64,000 nt of DNA from Macrostomum lignano (taxonomy: Eukaryota), in the NCBI GenBank assembly GCA_002269645.1, contig NIVC01003982.1, forward strand, positions 2,503-66,502. The letters run 5' to 3'. The translations under genes and the position numbers were made by a program. This document shows, piece after piece, positions 45,653 through 59,149 of the stretch. Numbering within the stretch: the first letter of the stretch is position 1; each line of letters begins with the position of its first letter. The notes under the pieces were generated by a model. The model searched no databases, had not been told where the DNA came from, and was given only the letters and a program-made list of their open reading frames with translations.

Positions 45653-48493
45653 AAAGCATGATATTTTTGTCTAGTTTTTTAAGCACTCGTATTTCACTGA
45701 GTTGTCAGACATAATTTAATTAGGAGTAATTATTGCACCTCAACTATCTTCAGGAACAATGACAACAAGTAATATTTAATCATAAATAGAATATCAAAGC
45801 TCATTCCTAAACACAAAATTACGAAGTATAACTAAAATGAACTTTATGAAGTGACTTTATAGTCTATTGCGATAGAAACACAGCACTCATTTGTTATAGG
45901 TACCTACCCACTTACTTTGTGTTCAACACGCCATTGACTACACGTCTCGATTAAAACAAAAGTAATGGAACAACTCTTATCTAGCCAGTTGGGTATTATA
46001 AATTGTTTGTATAGGGGTAGGAGGGATGGGGAGGTAGAGATTGAGAGAATTTACATGTAACTTTTTTCCTAATTCATTATTGCTCCATTACGGGGTCTAG
46101 CTAATATATTTGGGATAAAATATTTCATACCGGATCAGTTAATTGGCAATTATATATATTAGCACTGATGGATGTGTTGTGGATTTTGACAGGCTACAAT
46201 GTGTGGGCCTGCGTCGCGGGAAAAAGCTTGGGGAGCCGAGTACGTTATAGTCAAGCTTCAGGCAGTATAGAGATCGTTGCTAATTAATATTGCTAGTTTA
46301 TTGTAGCAGCAGGCACGGACGGAGATCCAGACAATTATAAGTGATTAGTGCATTAATTATGAATGTAGTATATGCATTTAGGACTCATATGCAGGCCATG
46401 AGTGTGGGTTTTGAATAGTAGAGGCAGTTTGCTTTACATGGGATTGTTGGGAGGGTTGGTTCAACACTTCGCCAAAAGCAATTAATAAAGAAAATATAAT
46501 GACTATAATACATATGTATATATGTCAAGGACGGCTATAATTGCTGTATACCTGAACCAGCGGCTATATAGGCAATTCTACCTTCATTTGCACTGACTCC
46601 TAAACCAACACCGTTACGTACGCAGGCGCGCGCATTCATAGGAGTACAATTAACACTCATCTCCAGGGTCGTGAGACTCTGGTATTGCTGCATGATGGCG
46701 TGACCATTTGCTGTCAAATTTGACCGCAGCTCCATGGGCGCTTCCTGTGGACAGAATTATAGTGCATGATGGCTTCCAAAAACTGACCTACTGAAATGGC
46801 CGTACTTAAAATTAAAACAAAAATTTATATCAATCGCAAGTTACATATGTTACTTACATGTACGAGCTTTTAAAAACCTGATTACGTCACACATGCATAT
46901 TTAGGAGTGTACGGGAATTGCATGGCGATCAAGGGACAAAAAAACTAGCGAGAAGTTTCTCTATATAAACTTCTACTATACATGTCGTACATGTACATAC
47001 ATGTATGTATAGCGAGAAGTTACAAAATGGCTGACGTACATCTATACACATGTACGTACCGTACATTTGCATGCAGTGATGTGGCTACGGATTACGCTTG
47101 GTCGGGTACGTGACGTCATAGATCTGCTCAACAACTCTCTAATATTTTTCACCCGGACTTGAAAAATGCATTTTATAGCAACTTTGCTAAAATCTTGCTG
47201 CTTCAGTGATTTCGAACAATTATATTTAGAGGAGCTTTAGCGGGAGTGATTGCAGAGAGATCGACGAGGGAGCTCCATAGAGGATCCCGGGAAATCGGTA
47301 AGCCAAAGACAAACATCGCAAGACATCGCCGAATCCATGCACCGCCGCACGTACAGAACCATGCAATGAGTTAAGATAAGACAAGAAATCGGTAAGGGTT
47401 GAGGATCGAATCCTCTTAATTCTTAACCACAATTGCCTTGGATCTTCTCGACCCTCAGCGTCGGGGAAAACGCATGTACATGCAATTCAATAAATTCTCA
47501 GTATATTTAGAATTTTTATTTTTATTTTTGTAATAGTAACTAAAATTTGCTGAAGTTCTAAGAGAAGTTGCACGGCCGCGACGACATTGCAACTCAAGAT
47601 ATTCGTTTCTAATCTGGTCGAGTAGGTGGTGGTGCGGCTGCAGAATTCAGGTACGTTTTCTGAGCTGCAATTTCCGCGTGATATTTTATGTATACACGTG
47701 TGTATAGCCTAATCCGAGTTCCAAGATGAGATAAGTGGTAAAAGAGGCCCAGATGTTGATATCAACTGAACCGAGGCATATGTTCCGAGGCAAATGTTTT
47801 AAAACAAATTTTGCGTCATCTTATAAAACAAAACTTTATTTTCTTTTAAGCTTTAATACTTTATGAAAAATTTAAGACAGAAAAATAAATTCCTTATTAA
47901 TAAAAAAATTAAGTAATAATAAGTTTCGCGAATTCAGGTTCGCCAGACCATAGCGAAAACCATGCAAAACGAATGCTTCTAAGGCTATACCGAACGTGTA
48001 GGCCTTGTAAAGCACTGATATATTATTATATCTGACCACTCGCTTATGGTAGGTAGGCCCCTAGCTTATGGTATTTTGGAACTGCTTAGCACATGCCATG
48101 CTGTAGCATGTGGTATGTGAATTATATTCTAATATAATTCACATATGATTATATGAACTAATATATAGCCAATGTGAATTCTGTGGTTTAGTAAGGTCAC
48201 AATTAGGTAGATAGTTAATAGCTTAAAATACATGGCAAATTACTTTAATTTGGCCTACAAGGCCTACATTAGTATATATACAGGCCCTATCCTATAGGCC
48301 TATCTCTATCATTGGCCTAGATGGAAGTAATAGTCCTGCCATACTATTTCAGTTTTTTATACTTCAAGTAATTTAGCCTACTATGAATTTTTTGTATCTT
48401 TATTTGCCTTTCTCTCCTTGTCTTATATAGCAACTTTAAATTATATAAATCTAGGTTAGCAAGTCAGAGCTAAGCTTTCTATATGACTATAAT

Positions 48494-49044
48494 GGCAATC
48501 CTACACTTCCGTTCGGTAAATTATTTTCACATTTGAATTCGTACCACCGAGTCAAATGACATCGATTGGCAATGTGTCTATGGCCAAAAGTTTGAGCAAA
48601 CAGAGTTTAAAGGGGTGTCAGTTTAAGGGAGCTGTTGCTTGTGAGCTGCTTGTTTTATTGAGCTTCAATTTCTCATATCTTCCAGTCTTCATTGCCATGG
48701 AGACATGTCCACACCAACACCGTGGAGGGCACATGGGCCCACGCGAAGCGCAAGATCCGCAACATGCATGGCACGAGCGACGCTCTCTTCGATGCACACA
48801 TTGAGGAATTTCTCTGGCGTCGTCTGTATCCCCAATGTCCATTTGGGGCTATCCTGTACTGGATTGGACATTACTATCCATTGTAGACACCTTAATGACC
48901 TGCAGACACTCTAAGTGACTATGCGCTCTAACAGACTGCTACCATGTTCCACTGTTTTAGTTTTGTTTGGTTACATTGTTATTTACCACGCCTGTTCAAA
49001 ATTCAATGTCAAAATAATTTACTGAATGGAAGTGTAGGATTGCC
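48494..49044 (+). mobile_element. Non-autonomous Merlin (IS1595/ISXO2-like) DNA transposon retaining the transposase 3' end
   Basis: About 45-bp TIRs GGCAATCCTACACTTCC(G/A)TTC(G/A)GTAAATTATTTT and exact 8-bp TSD ACTATAAT. 48692-48886 encodes HTNTVEGTWAHAKRKIRNMHGTS..FDAHIEEFLWRR..PFGAIL..I..YP, the Merlin catalytic-E region. Confidence 0.92.
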
Positions 49045-49674
49045 ACTATAATTAATTATATTATATGCAGTTAAAAAAATAAATTTAAAGAATTAATTCT
49101 CCCCACTTTTCTTCTTACCCCTATATTCCTCTCCCCTATATCTCCTTACCCCTATACTATACTCCCTCTCCTTTATTATCCTCTCTTTCTTTAGGGGCCT
49201 ATTCTCCCTGGCTTTTCTACCTTTCCTTTGCTCTGACCACTCTTGTCTACTTTCTCCTGCCCTCTTTTCCACACTTTATCTCATTCACTTTCCTTTGCTC
49301 TCCAATGCTCTCTATCTCTCCCCTATTCTACCCTTGCTTCCCCATTCTTCCCCCTCTCTCCAAGTCTCTTTTTCTCTCTTCTCTCCCTACACTATATTGC
49401 TTGCCCATTCTCTTCTCTCCCCTAGTCCCCCCTTCCCTCACTTCTCCCTTTTCTTTCTCTACATTGCTTATCCATTCTTCCCTCTCCCTCAGTTTTCATC
49501 TCTCCCTCTACTCTACCCTACTCACCTATTCTCCCTCTCTCCCCTAGGCTCTAATTCCCCCTCTTCCCCATCCTTATTCTACACTGTTCCCTTACTCTTT
49601 CTTCTATTATCCAGTCTGCCTTTCTCCTCCCCCTTAAACCTACTCTTCACTACTCTCCTACCCTCTCCCTCTTC

Positions 49675-50663
49675 TAGAGCTGTCAAAATTAGAGATTTTA
49701 TTCGAGACGAGATTCGAGACGAGAAAGGCTTATAAGTCGAGAATTTCAAGATGAGACAAGACAAAGTAAATCTAAAAAATATATTTCAGAATTGCATCTT
49801 GTCTTGCTCTTATCTTGCCTTATCTTGTCTTAAATTTCTTGATAAGATACAATTCTAAAATATATTTTTTAGATTTTCCAGAATACTTTCTTAATTCTAG
49901 TTTAAATTCTTTGCTATTTATTTATAAGAATTTATGCTTGTAGCACATACATGTGCAACCTCCAAAATTCGGTCAGCCGTGCGACTTAGTTTTAACAAAA
50001 ATGCGACGTAGTTTTTGGCCAAAAATGCGACTTACATATAAAAAAACCCGAAAGCAAAATTAACGCAACTTTGGGTAAACGGCAGGAGTAACTATGACTG
50101 TTTTATTAACCTAAAATGCCTCGTCAGCTACTTAGTACTACTCTTCAGGTTATTTTTTGGGTGGGCATTTTTGCAACTTCCTTGATTGGCCGCCAAATCG
50201 GTCGGCCGGATCGGCCGACTCGGCCGACTGTTGCGCATGTATGTTGTAGCATATAGGCCCTTGGCCCTACTATGTCTATTACTAATTCGTCAAAAGACCT
50301 GTGTAGATTGTCTTCAAGTCTGCTATGATACACCTTGCTGCAGAACTGAAATGATAACTAAAAGAGCGCATATGCAATGCAAATTTGTATATAACAACGT
50401 TTTTTAAATAACTGCTTGACATTGGCTAGATTTTACCATTTGAAAATTTCCCTATCAAGCGTGTTACAACAAACAGTTGTATTTATATGAAAATTTGCTC
50501 CCTTTTTATATCTTATCACTTAAAGGCTTTTGAAAAAAGGTATCAGAAAAATTCTTGAATCTTGTCTCGAATTTCTTGACAAAATTCGAGATTTCTCGAG
50601 ACGAGAAAAAATGTCGAGATCTTGTCTCGAATCTTGTCTTGTCGAGATCTCGTGATAGCTCTA
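49675..50663. mobile_element. Non-autonomous hAT-type element (989 bp)
   Basis: Ends TAGAGCTGTCA and TGATAGCTCTA, with subterminal CGAGAC(G/A)AGA repeats in inverted orientation; exact 8-bp TSD CCCTCTTC at 49667-49674 and 50664-50671. Confidence 0.88.
49946..50243. mobile_element. Nested hAT-type MITE (298 bp)
   Basis: TIR CATACATGTGCAAC / GTTGCGCATGTATG; exact 8-bp TSD TTGTAGCA at 49938-49945 and 50244-50251. Confidence 0.85.
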
Positions 50664-51529
50664 CCCTCTTCCCACTCTCCCCTGCTATCCCCTTACTCTC
50701 CTCCATTCTCTTCCAGACCCTCTCTCCCCTCTTCCCCCCTCTTGCTACTCTTCACTGCTCCCCTACTCACCCTCTCTTTCAGCTTTCCCCTGCTCTCCCC
50801 TTGCTCTCCCCTTTTCCCCTACTATATCCCTGCTCACTCCCACTCTCCCCTTTCTCCCAGTCCCCCTCTCTCCTACTACCCCTCTGCCCCTCTCCCTACT
50901 CTACCCCTCTCCCCTTGCTCCCCACTCTACCCCTGCTCTCCACTAGTCCCCCTTTCCCCCTCTCCCCTCTTCCTCCTCTCCCCCTCTTCCCCCTCTCCCC
51001 TCTTCCCCCTCTCCCCTTCCTTCCCCTCTCCCTACTCTACACTGCTCCCTCTTTTCCCCCGCCTCCCGCTCTCCCCTACTCTACCCCCTTGCCACCACCT
51101 CTCCCCATCCACCTCTCCCTCCCACTCACTCTACCCCCATCCCCCACTCACCCTCTCCCTCTCTCTACTCTATATCGCTCCCCACTCTCCCCCTCTTTCT
51201 GCTCTCCTCTGCTTATCCTCTCTTCTTTGTTCTCTGCAGCTCTTCTCCGCTCTCTGCAGCTCTTCCCTGCTCTTCCCCACTCTCCTCTGATCTTCCCCAC
51301 TCTACTCCGCTCTTCTCCACTCTCCTCCGCTCTCCCCCCTCTTCCCTGCTCTTCCCCTCTCCTTCGCTCTTCCCCACTCTCCTCCACTCTTCCCCCCTCT
51401 TCCCCGCTCTTCCCCACTCTCCTCCGCTCTTCTCCACTCTCCTCCGCTCTTCTCCACTCTCCTCCGCTCTTCCCCACTCTCCTCCGCTCTTCCGCCCTCT
51501 TCCCCGTTCTTCCCTACTCTCCTCTGCTC

Positions 51530-54500
51530 TTCTCCACCAGGCTAGCCTCTTCGTTGATTCGTTGATAAAGCTTTAATAGCTTGACCACTTGTCGCTTCAG
51601 TGCGTGATCAGGCACTGCAGAAGTAGCGTCAGTGCAGGTGTTCCAAATGTTGGTCAATCTGATCATTCCAGTAGGATAGCAATTTGCATTGTGCTCTTTG
51701 ACTAGCTTCTCGCCCTTCGCAGTAAGTTTGTTAAGAGACCTGTTTAGCACTTTGTTGAGCTTTTGGCCAGCTGCAGTAGCTGCTTGTCGAATTAGAAACG
51801 CACGTTCACATGCTAGCTGCTGCAGCTTACTGAGAACAGCTTCTTTAGGCATTCTCCTCGTTAGTCCACAAGTGTCATTATCAGCGGAATGCAGCAGCTC
51901 CTGCTCCCAAACGCGACAATTGCCAACAAAGGATTCAATATCACCTGGTGAAAGTAAAGTAAATAAAGTAGATGCCTACACTAGCCATTATTATCCAGCG
52001 TGTGGACATATTTAGTGCTTCAGCTTACATTTTTCTTTGGATACGGGACAAAAACAAAAACAAATGCATTTAAACATTTACGACGCAATTAAATATTAAA
52101 TATTAAATATTAAAAAATAATATATTAAATATTAAATAATGCCTTTTTAATTAAAGTAGCTTATCCATAATCATTGCTCACCATTCCCTCCAATGTTTAC
52201 AATAGCTGACGTAGTAACTCAGTTTTCTTAATGTAGAACAGCCCTACTAGGCCATTGCAAACATGCAACATATCATCTAGTCCATTCTTTTGGCAGAATG
52301 ATTGAACTTCAATTGAAAACGCTTCAGGCTTTGCTCCTCTACCTTGGTTTGTTGAAAAAGCCAGACACCTATAAACAAATTTAGGAAGAAGTTAAAAAGT
52401 TATGATGAAAAAAATGATGAAAATGAACATACGCGAACAAATTCATGCATTAAATGAAGGCAGGCAGCTGAAAGAGGCTAACTGGTAAGAAAAGCCTTAG
52501 TAATTAAAAACTTTGTCCCTATAAAGAGATTACAATATAGTTTAGGAAAATGCTGCAAAGTATATGCTTATACTTCATAGAATTTCGGACAACTCACTAA
52601 TAGTATTAATGACGTTTAGATTGACGGAGCTCACCCAATAGTTAAGGAATTCGCGCCTGTTGACATGAGTCATTTCCTTCAACTGTGGCCCAAAGCGCCG
52701 TGACATAGACCAAAGCCATTCACAGCTTTTGCCATCAGTCAAGCCTACTCCGGATTGGTGTCAAATGCCAAACTTAGTTTGGCAGGCCTCTTTGTGGCCA
52801 TATGAGTGAAAAGCTAGAATGGCAAAGCTGACTTTGGCATCACTGAAGTGACCAGCAAGCTTGCAACCGATGTCATAAGAGACAACAAGCTTCTGGTCTT
52901 CTGGATGATCATCCAGAAGCTTAGAAACCATGGCTTTAGAGTAGGCAAGCCTGAGAAACAATGAAAAACCAATGCGCACTTTATATTAGTAGTATATACA
53001 GAATTTACATGAAATTATTTAAAAAGAACCTTTTCTAGTAAGAAAAAGATTTTCCAGAATGAAAGGAGAAATAAAAGTAGATGGACATGTCTTTATAGAA
53101 GTATGTGTTGCAATCCTACCTTTCTCCTTTTGTCACGAGGTCGGAAAGATAAGAAACAGCAGAGTGCCGGCAGGATCTACAGAATAAGCCGAAAATGTCA
53201 AGCTTACTTTCGTCAGATGCAGTCGTAAGGTCTTTTCCACAACATCCAGCAGTCCAATTGGGACAATAGGACTTGCTAGGGACTTCTGACATTTGAAAGT
53301 CCACATTGACAAAATAGCCAGTGGATGGTGGAAGCACAGCTTTTCTAGCAAGCCTTCGGTGTCTAAAACCGAAGCAGGCATCCAGCATCTAAAAAACAGG
53401 AATGGTTGGATTTCTACTGACAGAGAAGCAGCATAGGACATCTTCGACTTCAGTAGATATAGCGGCACAATTAGCGTCGTTGCCTAAGCCGCTGCTGTTC
53501 GTTTGTGTCTCCTGTATAGAAAGGGCAGGGCACAACCCTTAACAGTATGTTTTGTAACTGGTTTAAATATAATTATAAAACATATATATAAATATATTAA
53601 TTATTATATTTTTCATTATAAAAATATAAGTATGCAGAAAATATAATTGACGAGTAAGATAAAATAATAAAACCTTTACGATGAAGCACGACAGGCATGT
53701 TGCTTTAGGGCCCCAGCAAATATATATCAAAAGCCGTCAAAATGCTTGAAAGCTGCTGGATGTGTTTAACGCATGGAATATGTTGACCTAAAATAGACGA
53801 TTGTTAGATCACATTTTCTGATTAAGAATAGTCTTTCAAAGTTTTCGAAAGTATTTCAAACTACAACTGGCAAAAAAAGTAAAAAATAATTAATAAAAAA
53901 GCCAGGCACACATAAAACTACAATTTATTGTACCTATATACCTACTGAGAGCAGGTTGTTAGCTAACTTATCTGATTAATTGTTTAAGAAAAAAATTATA
54001 CTATGATTTGGGAAGCCTATAATTATTAGATATAATAAGAAATTGTTCTTGCTTAAATTTTTTACTGTGCTGCCTACCTGAATTGGTGGACGTAGCCATA
54101 GAGAATTCTGGCTGTTACTCCAGGCTTCACATAGTGATGACAGTGACACGGAATAACGTGATGAAATGCTGTCCAGTGTCAGAAGCAGGTTAAAATGGAT
54201 AGCAACGATTCTAGTAACATTAGTGAAAGGTTGCGTCGGCCAGAATCCATGCAATAAGAGGTTGGCAAAAATATCAGTACAGGCACACTCCTTGACAGAA
54301 AGTGAAATCTTGTCTCCTGGTTTGAAAGCGAGAATATACTTTAAGTAACTTTACATTACAATTTCATATCAATAAGACACCCAACATCTTTTTCTATTGA
54401 AATATTCTTCAAAGAACAGATGGCAGCAGATCCACAAAGACTACCATATTTAATTGTTTCAATATATTATATTGAATTCTATTAATTTGGTTTCACTATG

Positions 54501-56128
54501 CAGACATTTAAGACATAAGACAGGGCCTAATTATCAAAACATTCTCTTGAGAATGCTTGAAGTAATTTAAGAATAGCAGATAAAATTTGACAAATACAGT
54601 GAATACAAATAGTACATGGTAGATTAAAACTTAATACACCTTCTCTATTTAGTGCTGTAATGGACCTGGAAGTGACAGTCTCGCAGCTACAAACACTGCG
54701 TCTGGTAATATGAACCACAGTTTTAACTGTCTTGTAGAATGAGCCCTGAAAGGACACATAACATCACTTTTATGTTAAAAAACTTTACCATCATATTTTA
54801 CAGATATACATGGAGACGTTTAGAGATTCGTTAATAAGAGGCTAGGTAAGTAGGTAAATAAATAAACAAACTTGGCGTCTTAAAATCGAAACAAAAGTTT
54901 GAGACAATGCATTAATATTACATGCTGACTGAGTGCGGCAAGGACCTAGACACAAGCGTGGGGTCTCAAGGGGTAGCTGAGTCACTGAAGGATCAGGGAT
55001 GCACGCACTTATGTCTACGGTCCTTCCTGCACTCAGTCAGCGTGTGAATATTTCATTGTTCTTTGGCCATAGACAGCGTGCAGTAATGCCCCATTATCAG
55101 CAGTGCTGATTCAGCACGCTAATAGAAATTTTCATTAACACATGTCTATGGCATAGAACAATGATAACTGTTTTTGAACTCACAGTCCATTTGTTTGTAG
55201 GGGGGCCGTAGCCCAGCGGTAGCGCAGCTGCTCTGGTGTGCCAGCGGCCCAGGCTCGATTCCAAGTGCAGCCACATTAATTTGGGGCTGAATTGGAATTT
55301 CGGCTTGGCTTGCTTGTGCAATTAACAGCCTTGAGAGCCAACCCCCCAAGGCGCAGTGAAGTGTACATGCCTAACAATTGATAAAGTTAGGGCCGTTGTA
55401 CACTCCTGTGTGAGTGTGTGCCTGCGTAACCTATCCGCGCTTGTATGCCTGCTCAGGGGAGTTGGCGGAATGGGCAGTAATGCCTCTCGCCGGTTGTGTG
55501 CCTGTCGCCTAAAGTGCGCCAGGGTGCACACAACCCCCCTGCCTCTAATCAATAAAAAAACGGTCCATTTGTAGACGACATGCGATGGATTATGTGAGTG
55601 AGCAGAAGTAAGGCATGTTTTGCATATGTTGAGCAAATGGCAGGCTTTGCAGCGAAAAGTTTCTCCTACTTCCCTGCATGCGCAACATGCAGGAGAAAGA
55701 CGAGAGTAATAAGAGGCCAATCTAGTCTCAAGTTGGCTTGCTAAGCTGGACCAGGCTTCTTCCTCTTTTTCTTGAAGGATATCATATCTGCTGGCAGTGC
55801 TGGGATCTGATGGATCCAATGCATGGTCAGTAGAGAAGAGATCAATACTTTCGATATTTGGGACCAACTCAGTCATAGTAGTGTCACTAACAGTGACACT
55901 ATGCTGATTGACATGCCTGAAAGCCGGACGCATGCCAACTGTACCTTTTAGAAGTTTCATAGCTTCCTTTGCCATCATAAGGATGATATTAATAAGCAAT
56001 TTTAACCAAAAAACATATTACCTACCTAGACAATTCCTGAGCAGCAGTAGAACTCAGTCGAATATGCGTGATTTGCCTTCTTGGTCAATGAACCTCGATT
56101 TTTTCTTAATTTGAAATTTCTTAGGCAT
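51530..56128 (-). mobile_element. KDZ (Kyakuja-Dileera-Zisupton) transposase gene, multi-exon, pseudogenised
   Basis: Collinear minus-strand segments: CCAC..FRCKAC..CKTCLTSAHSHNPSH (CxC); ECAC..LLHGFWPTQP; LDACFGF; CPNWTAG..KLDIFGLFCRSCRH..KGER; VSYDIGCKL..FHSYGHKEACQ; GVGLTDGKSCEWLWS..MTHVNRREFL; AGQKL..KEHNA..RINEE. There is an in-frame TGA at 52761-52763 and a SINE insertion. Element ends were not found. Confidence 0.85.
55201..55560 (+). mobile_element. tRNA-derived SINE, full-length copy inserted in the KDZ gene
   Basis: GGGGGCCGTAGCCCAGCGG (A box), GGCTCGATTCC (B-like) and an AATAAAAAAA tail. Imperfect TSD C(A/G)GTCCATTTGT(TTGT)AG. Closely similar to 1005-1371. Confidence 0.9.
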
Positions 56129-56489
56129 GTTTTTTAATGAATTTGATCTGAAATTAAAAATTTCAATTTATACTTACTTTTATTGCTCTTACACAATCAT
56201 TTTAGGCTGATGACAGCCTATGCTATTGCATATGATTAACAAATGCTAGAAATCACAATATATAAAAGCTAATACTATGACAGAAGCCTAATCAGTTAGT
56301 GGTACAACAATGGAATGAATTGTTGGTGCCTTTTAAAACTCTAAGAGCAAATATATGTGAGAAATTAATTCATAGGAAATCTAGCCCAGGGTATTTATAC
56401 TTTACCACTCTTTTGTGCCTGTATGCTATTTGTTAGCCATATAAAATTTAAATAAAACTGTATATACTCATAGTTCATAAAGAAACATT

Positions 56490-56705
56490 CTAAATAAGAG
56501 GCAAGCACATGGGTTCAGAACACCCTTAGATAGACACTCGCCCCTCTACCACCAAGTTGGATGTTCATGGTGGGCTTTAGCTGTTTAATGTACAACACCT
56601 CAAGAGTAGAGACATTGAGAAAGTTTAAAGTTTTGTTACCAATCTCAGCAGTGAAGTCCATCTACTTAAGGGTGTTCTGACCCCATGCGCTTGCCTCTTA
56701 TCTAG
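56490..56705. mobile_element. MITE-like inverted-repeat element
   Basis: About 40-bp inverted arms CTA(A/G)ATAAGAGGCAAGC(A/G)CATGGG(T/G)TCAGAACACCCTTA; TSD not resolved. Confidence 0.7.
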
Positions 56706-58748
56706 GGCCATCTAACTCAGTTACCCATACTTACAATCTTTTTGGCCTATTAGACTTTAAATAATTTACCATCTCTCTGAAAATATATTATTGCCTTGCC
56801 TGAAGATGCCAATTGTTCGGCGAAACATGTCGCGTGAAGATTGATTAATAAATTGTAATTTCGTAATTTCGTATTATCAAAGATAAAATGCAAATGTTCG
56901 CCTTTGCTTTCATTTTTCTGACTTTCCTTAAATTTAAAACTAGGGCCTACTGACTGCTGTTAAGATTTTATTATCATGACAAAAGTATTGTAGTAAGATT
57001 CTTTTTTTGTACTATATATAATTTTGGTAACTACAAGTCAATAGTTCAAAGGAATATAATAACCTATTATTATTACCACACTCTAGATAACTAGTAGCCT
57101 TTTTTACAAAGTCTACTCCAGAATTGGAATAAAATCCAATTCCAGAACCAGATTCGCTAAGAATATGAAAAGCATCAAGTAAATTTTATTTTTAGTCAAA
57201 AATTACTTTAAACATTAAAAAAATTTTTCCAAGTTACTTATTTTTTTACCTTTAAAGTTATATTTGAAGTTAAATTGACTTTAAATATTTTTCATTGTTT
57301 CCATAGAAATATGTAAACGAATTGAGAAATTTTGTCAAACCAAATTCTAGAACCAAAGTAAGGTTCTGGAACCGATTCTGAAAATGGAATTGGCAAAATG
57401 AAAAGTATTGAACCAGTTCTAAAAATGGAATCGGGAATATGAAAAGCCTCTAGATCATGTAAAAGCACATTCAGAAATTCAGAAAATAGAATTTCTGAAT
57501 CCAAAATACTTGGATTTCTAAAATAGTGAGACCTTTTGGATTTCAATTGAATATTTGGATCTATCATTAATGCTAATGTGGCAAAGAAGTCTACCCTATG
57601 AGTTATCTATGGCCCAAAGGGATGGTGGCCTGCAGCCTGATAGTTACTGAGTGGGAAGAATAGCAAAAAACATTTTTACTGTTGTAGGGGTTACTTCTGT
57701 CTCTAATAATAATTTCACACTGTCACCAAAAGCTATCACAGGGCTAATTTACTAATCTCTCAAGTGTTCTTCTTAGGTTGGTAGTTGCCACCAAGATTAT
57801 TCAATTAATAAATTTTTATCAATATTAGAATAATCTGAGAAATGTTTCTTAGAATAGGTCTGAGTATAAGTCTTTAAGTATCAGTCTTAGTATAAGTCTA
57901 AGGATAAGTCTAGGTATATGTCTAAGGATTAGTCTAAGTATCTACTTTTATTGGTAGCGTTCTTAGTATATGTATTGGTAGCATTCTTAGTATATGCCGA
58001 GTGGTCTACTATTGGCCTGGAATGTATTTCTCAGAATGATCTTCCTTGTAACCCTTTTGTAGTTAATTAAGTATCTGATTGTCTAGTCCAGTCCTTTAGG
58101 CATTCCCGAGATTAGAGGGTCACGGCCTTCTCAATACTGTATATGTATTCCCGAGATCTACTTTGTTTCACTTCAATCTCCTTGGTATTCTGAGTATCAG
58201 TAGTATCTGTGATATGATTAACTTCCACTTCACTCTTTGAATCAAAAAATTTACTGTCTTGAAAAGATTTCTAAGTAACAGTTTAAGGCTCAACAAGTAG
58301 CGAGACTTGAGACTAATTTAGGAACAGGCAATCAGCCAGTTGGTGGCTCTCTGGCCAGATCCCGTCTATTTATACTATTTTAAGACTTGATCAATATTAA
58401 TTTTGATATATGCAGTATTAAAACAAATAGGGCTAAAATTAGTTTTCAGTTTAAAAATACATACAAATTTTACATGAATATTATTATTAAACGTTAGAAG
58501 ATTAAAACAAATAATATGTGAATACTATTCTTGAGTGATTAAACTCAAAATTATTATTGACAAAATTTATTTACAAAAACTATTATTATTACTATTAGTA
58601 GCATTAAGCGCTTGCACATTACTTAATCTATTTTTTCTAAGGCAATAAGTATTCTTATATTTATAAGCATATTTTATTACTGCGACCAAAAATTCAGTTG
58701 GATAGTGCCACCAAATGAAGTATTGAATGATCAAACTCCTAATTTTCC

Positions 58749-59149
58749 AAATAATTTCTGTCCTTTTCCAATGGTACCGTGGGAATAATTTTCTGCTTTT
58801 ACGCATGGCACACTGACAAGATAGCTGCCATATCTTCTACATATATATGCTGTATATGAATAGTTTATAGCTTTTTAAAAGGGAATTTGAATTGAGGATA
58901 CTAAGATGCTGTTGATCTGGATCAACACCACAACCAGCGTTTTTTGCATAAAAAAGTTATTTAATCTTTACTTCAATTAAACAAATTGTCAAGCAAAGTT
59001 ATATTGTTATACTGCACTTAAACCGTAAGTACTAAACTAAATTATTTCCACGGCATATGTAGAAGATGGGGCAGCTATCTCGTCAGTGTGCCATGTGGAT
59101 AAGCAGAAAATTATTCCCACAGTACCATTGGAATAAGACAGAAATTATT
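58749..59149. mobile_element. Fold-back element with about 95-bp inverted arms
   Basis: 58749-58844 is the imperfect reverse complement of 59055-59149; spacer about 210 bp; no TSD found. Confidence 0.72.

Larger units (their letters stand above)
49085..51535. repeat. Pyrimidine-rich (CT) low-complexity tract split by the hAT element
   Basis: C/T-rich on + at 49085-49674 and 50664-51535. Confidence 0.9.

Noticed and set aside
46535-47650. Short ORF or exon-like pieces on both strands
   Set aside because: No family motif recognised; a link to the KDZ C-terminus is only speculative.
50555-51565. Leu/Pro/Ser-rich 336-aa ORF and similar ORFs at 49295 and 62733
   Set aside because: CT-rich low-complexity DNA.
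55201-55275. tRNA gene
   Set aside because: It has A and B boxes, but I could not fold a complete cloverleaf. It continues into a 290-bp body with a poly(A) tail and TSD, so it is a SINE head.
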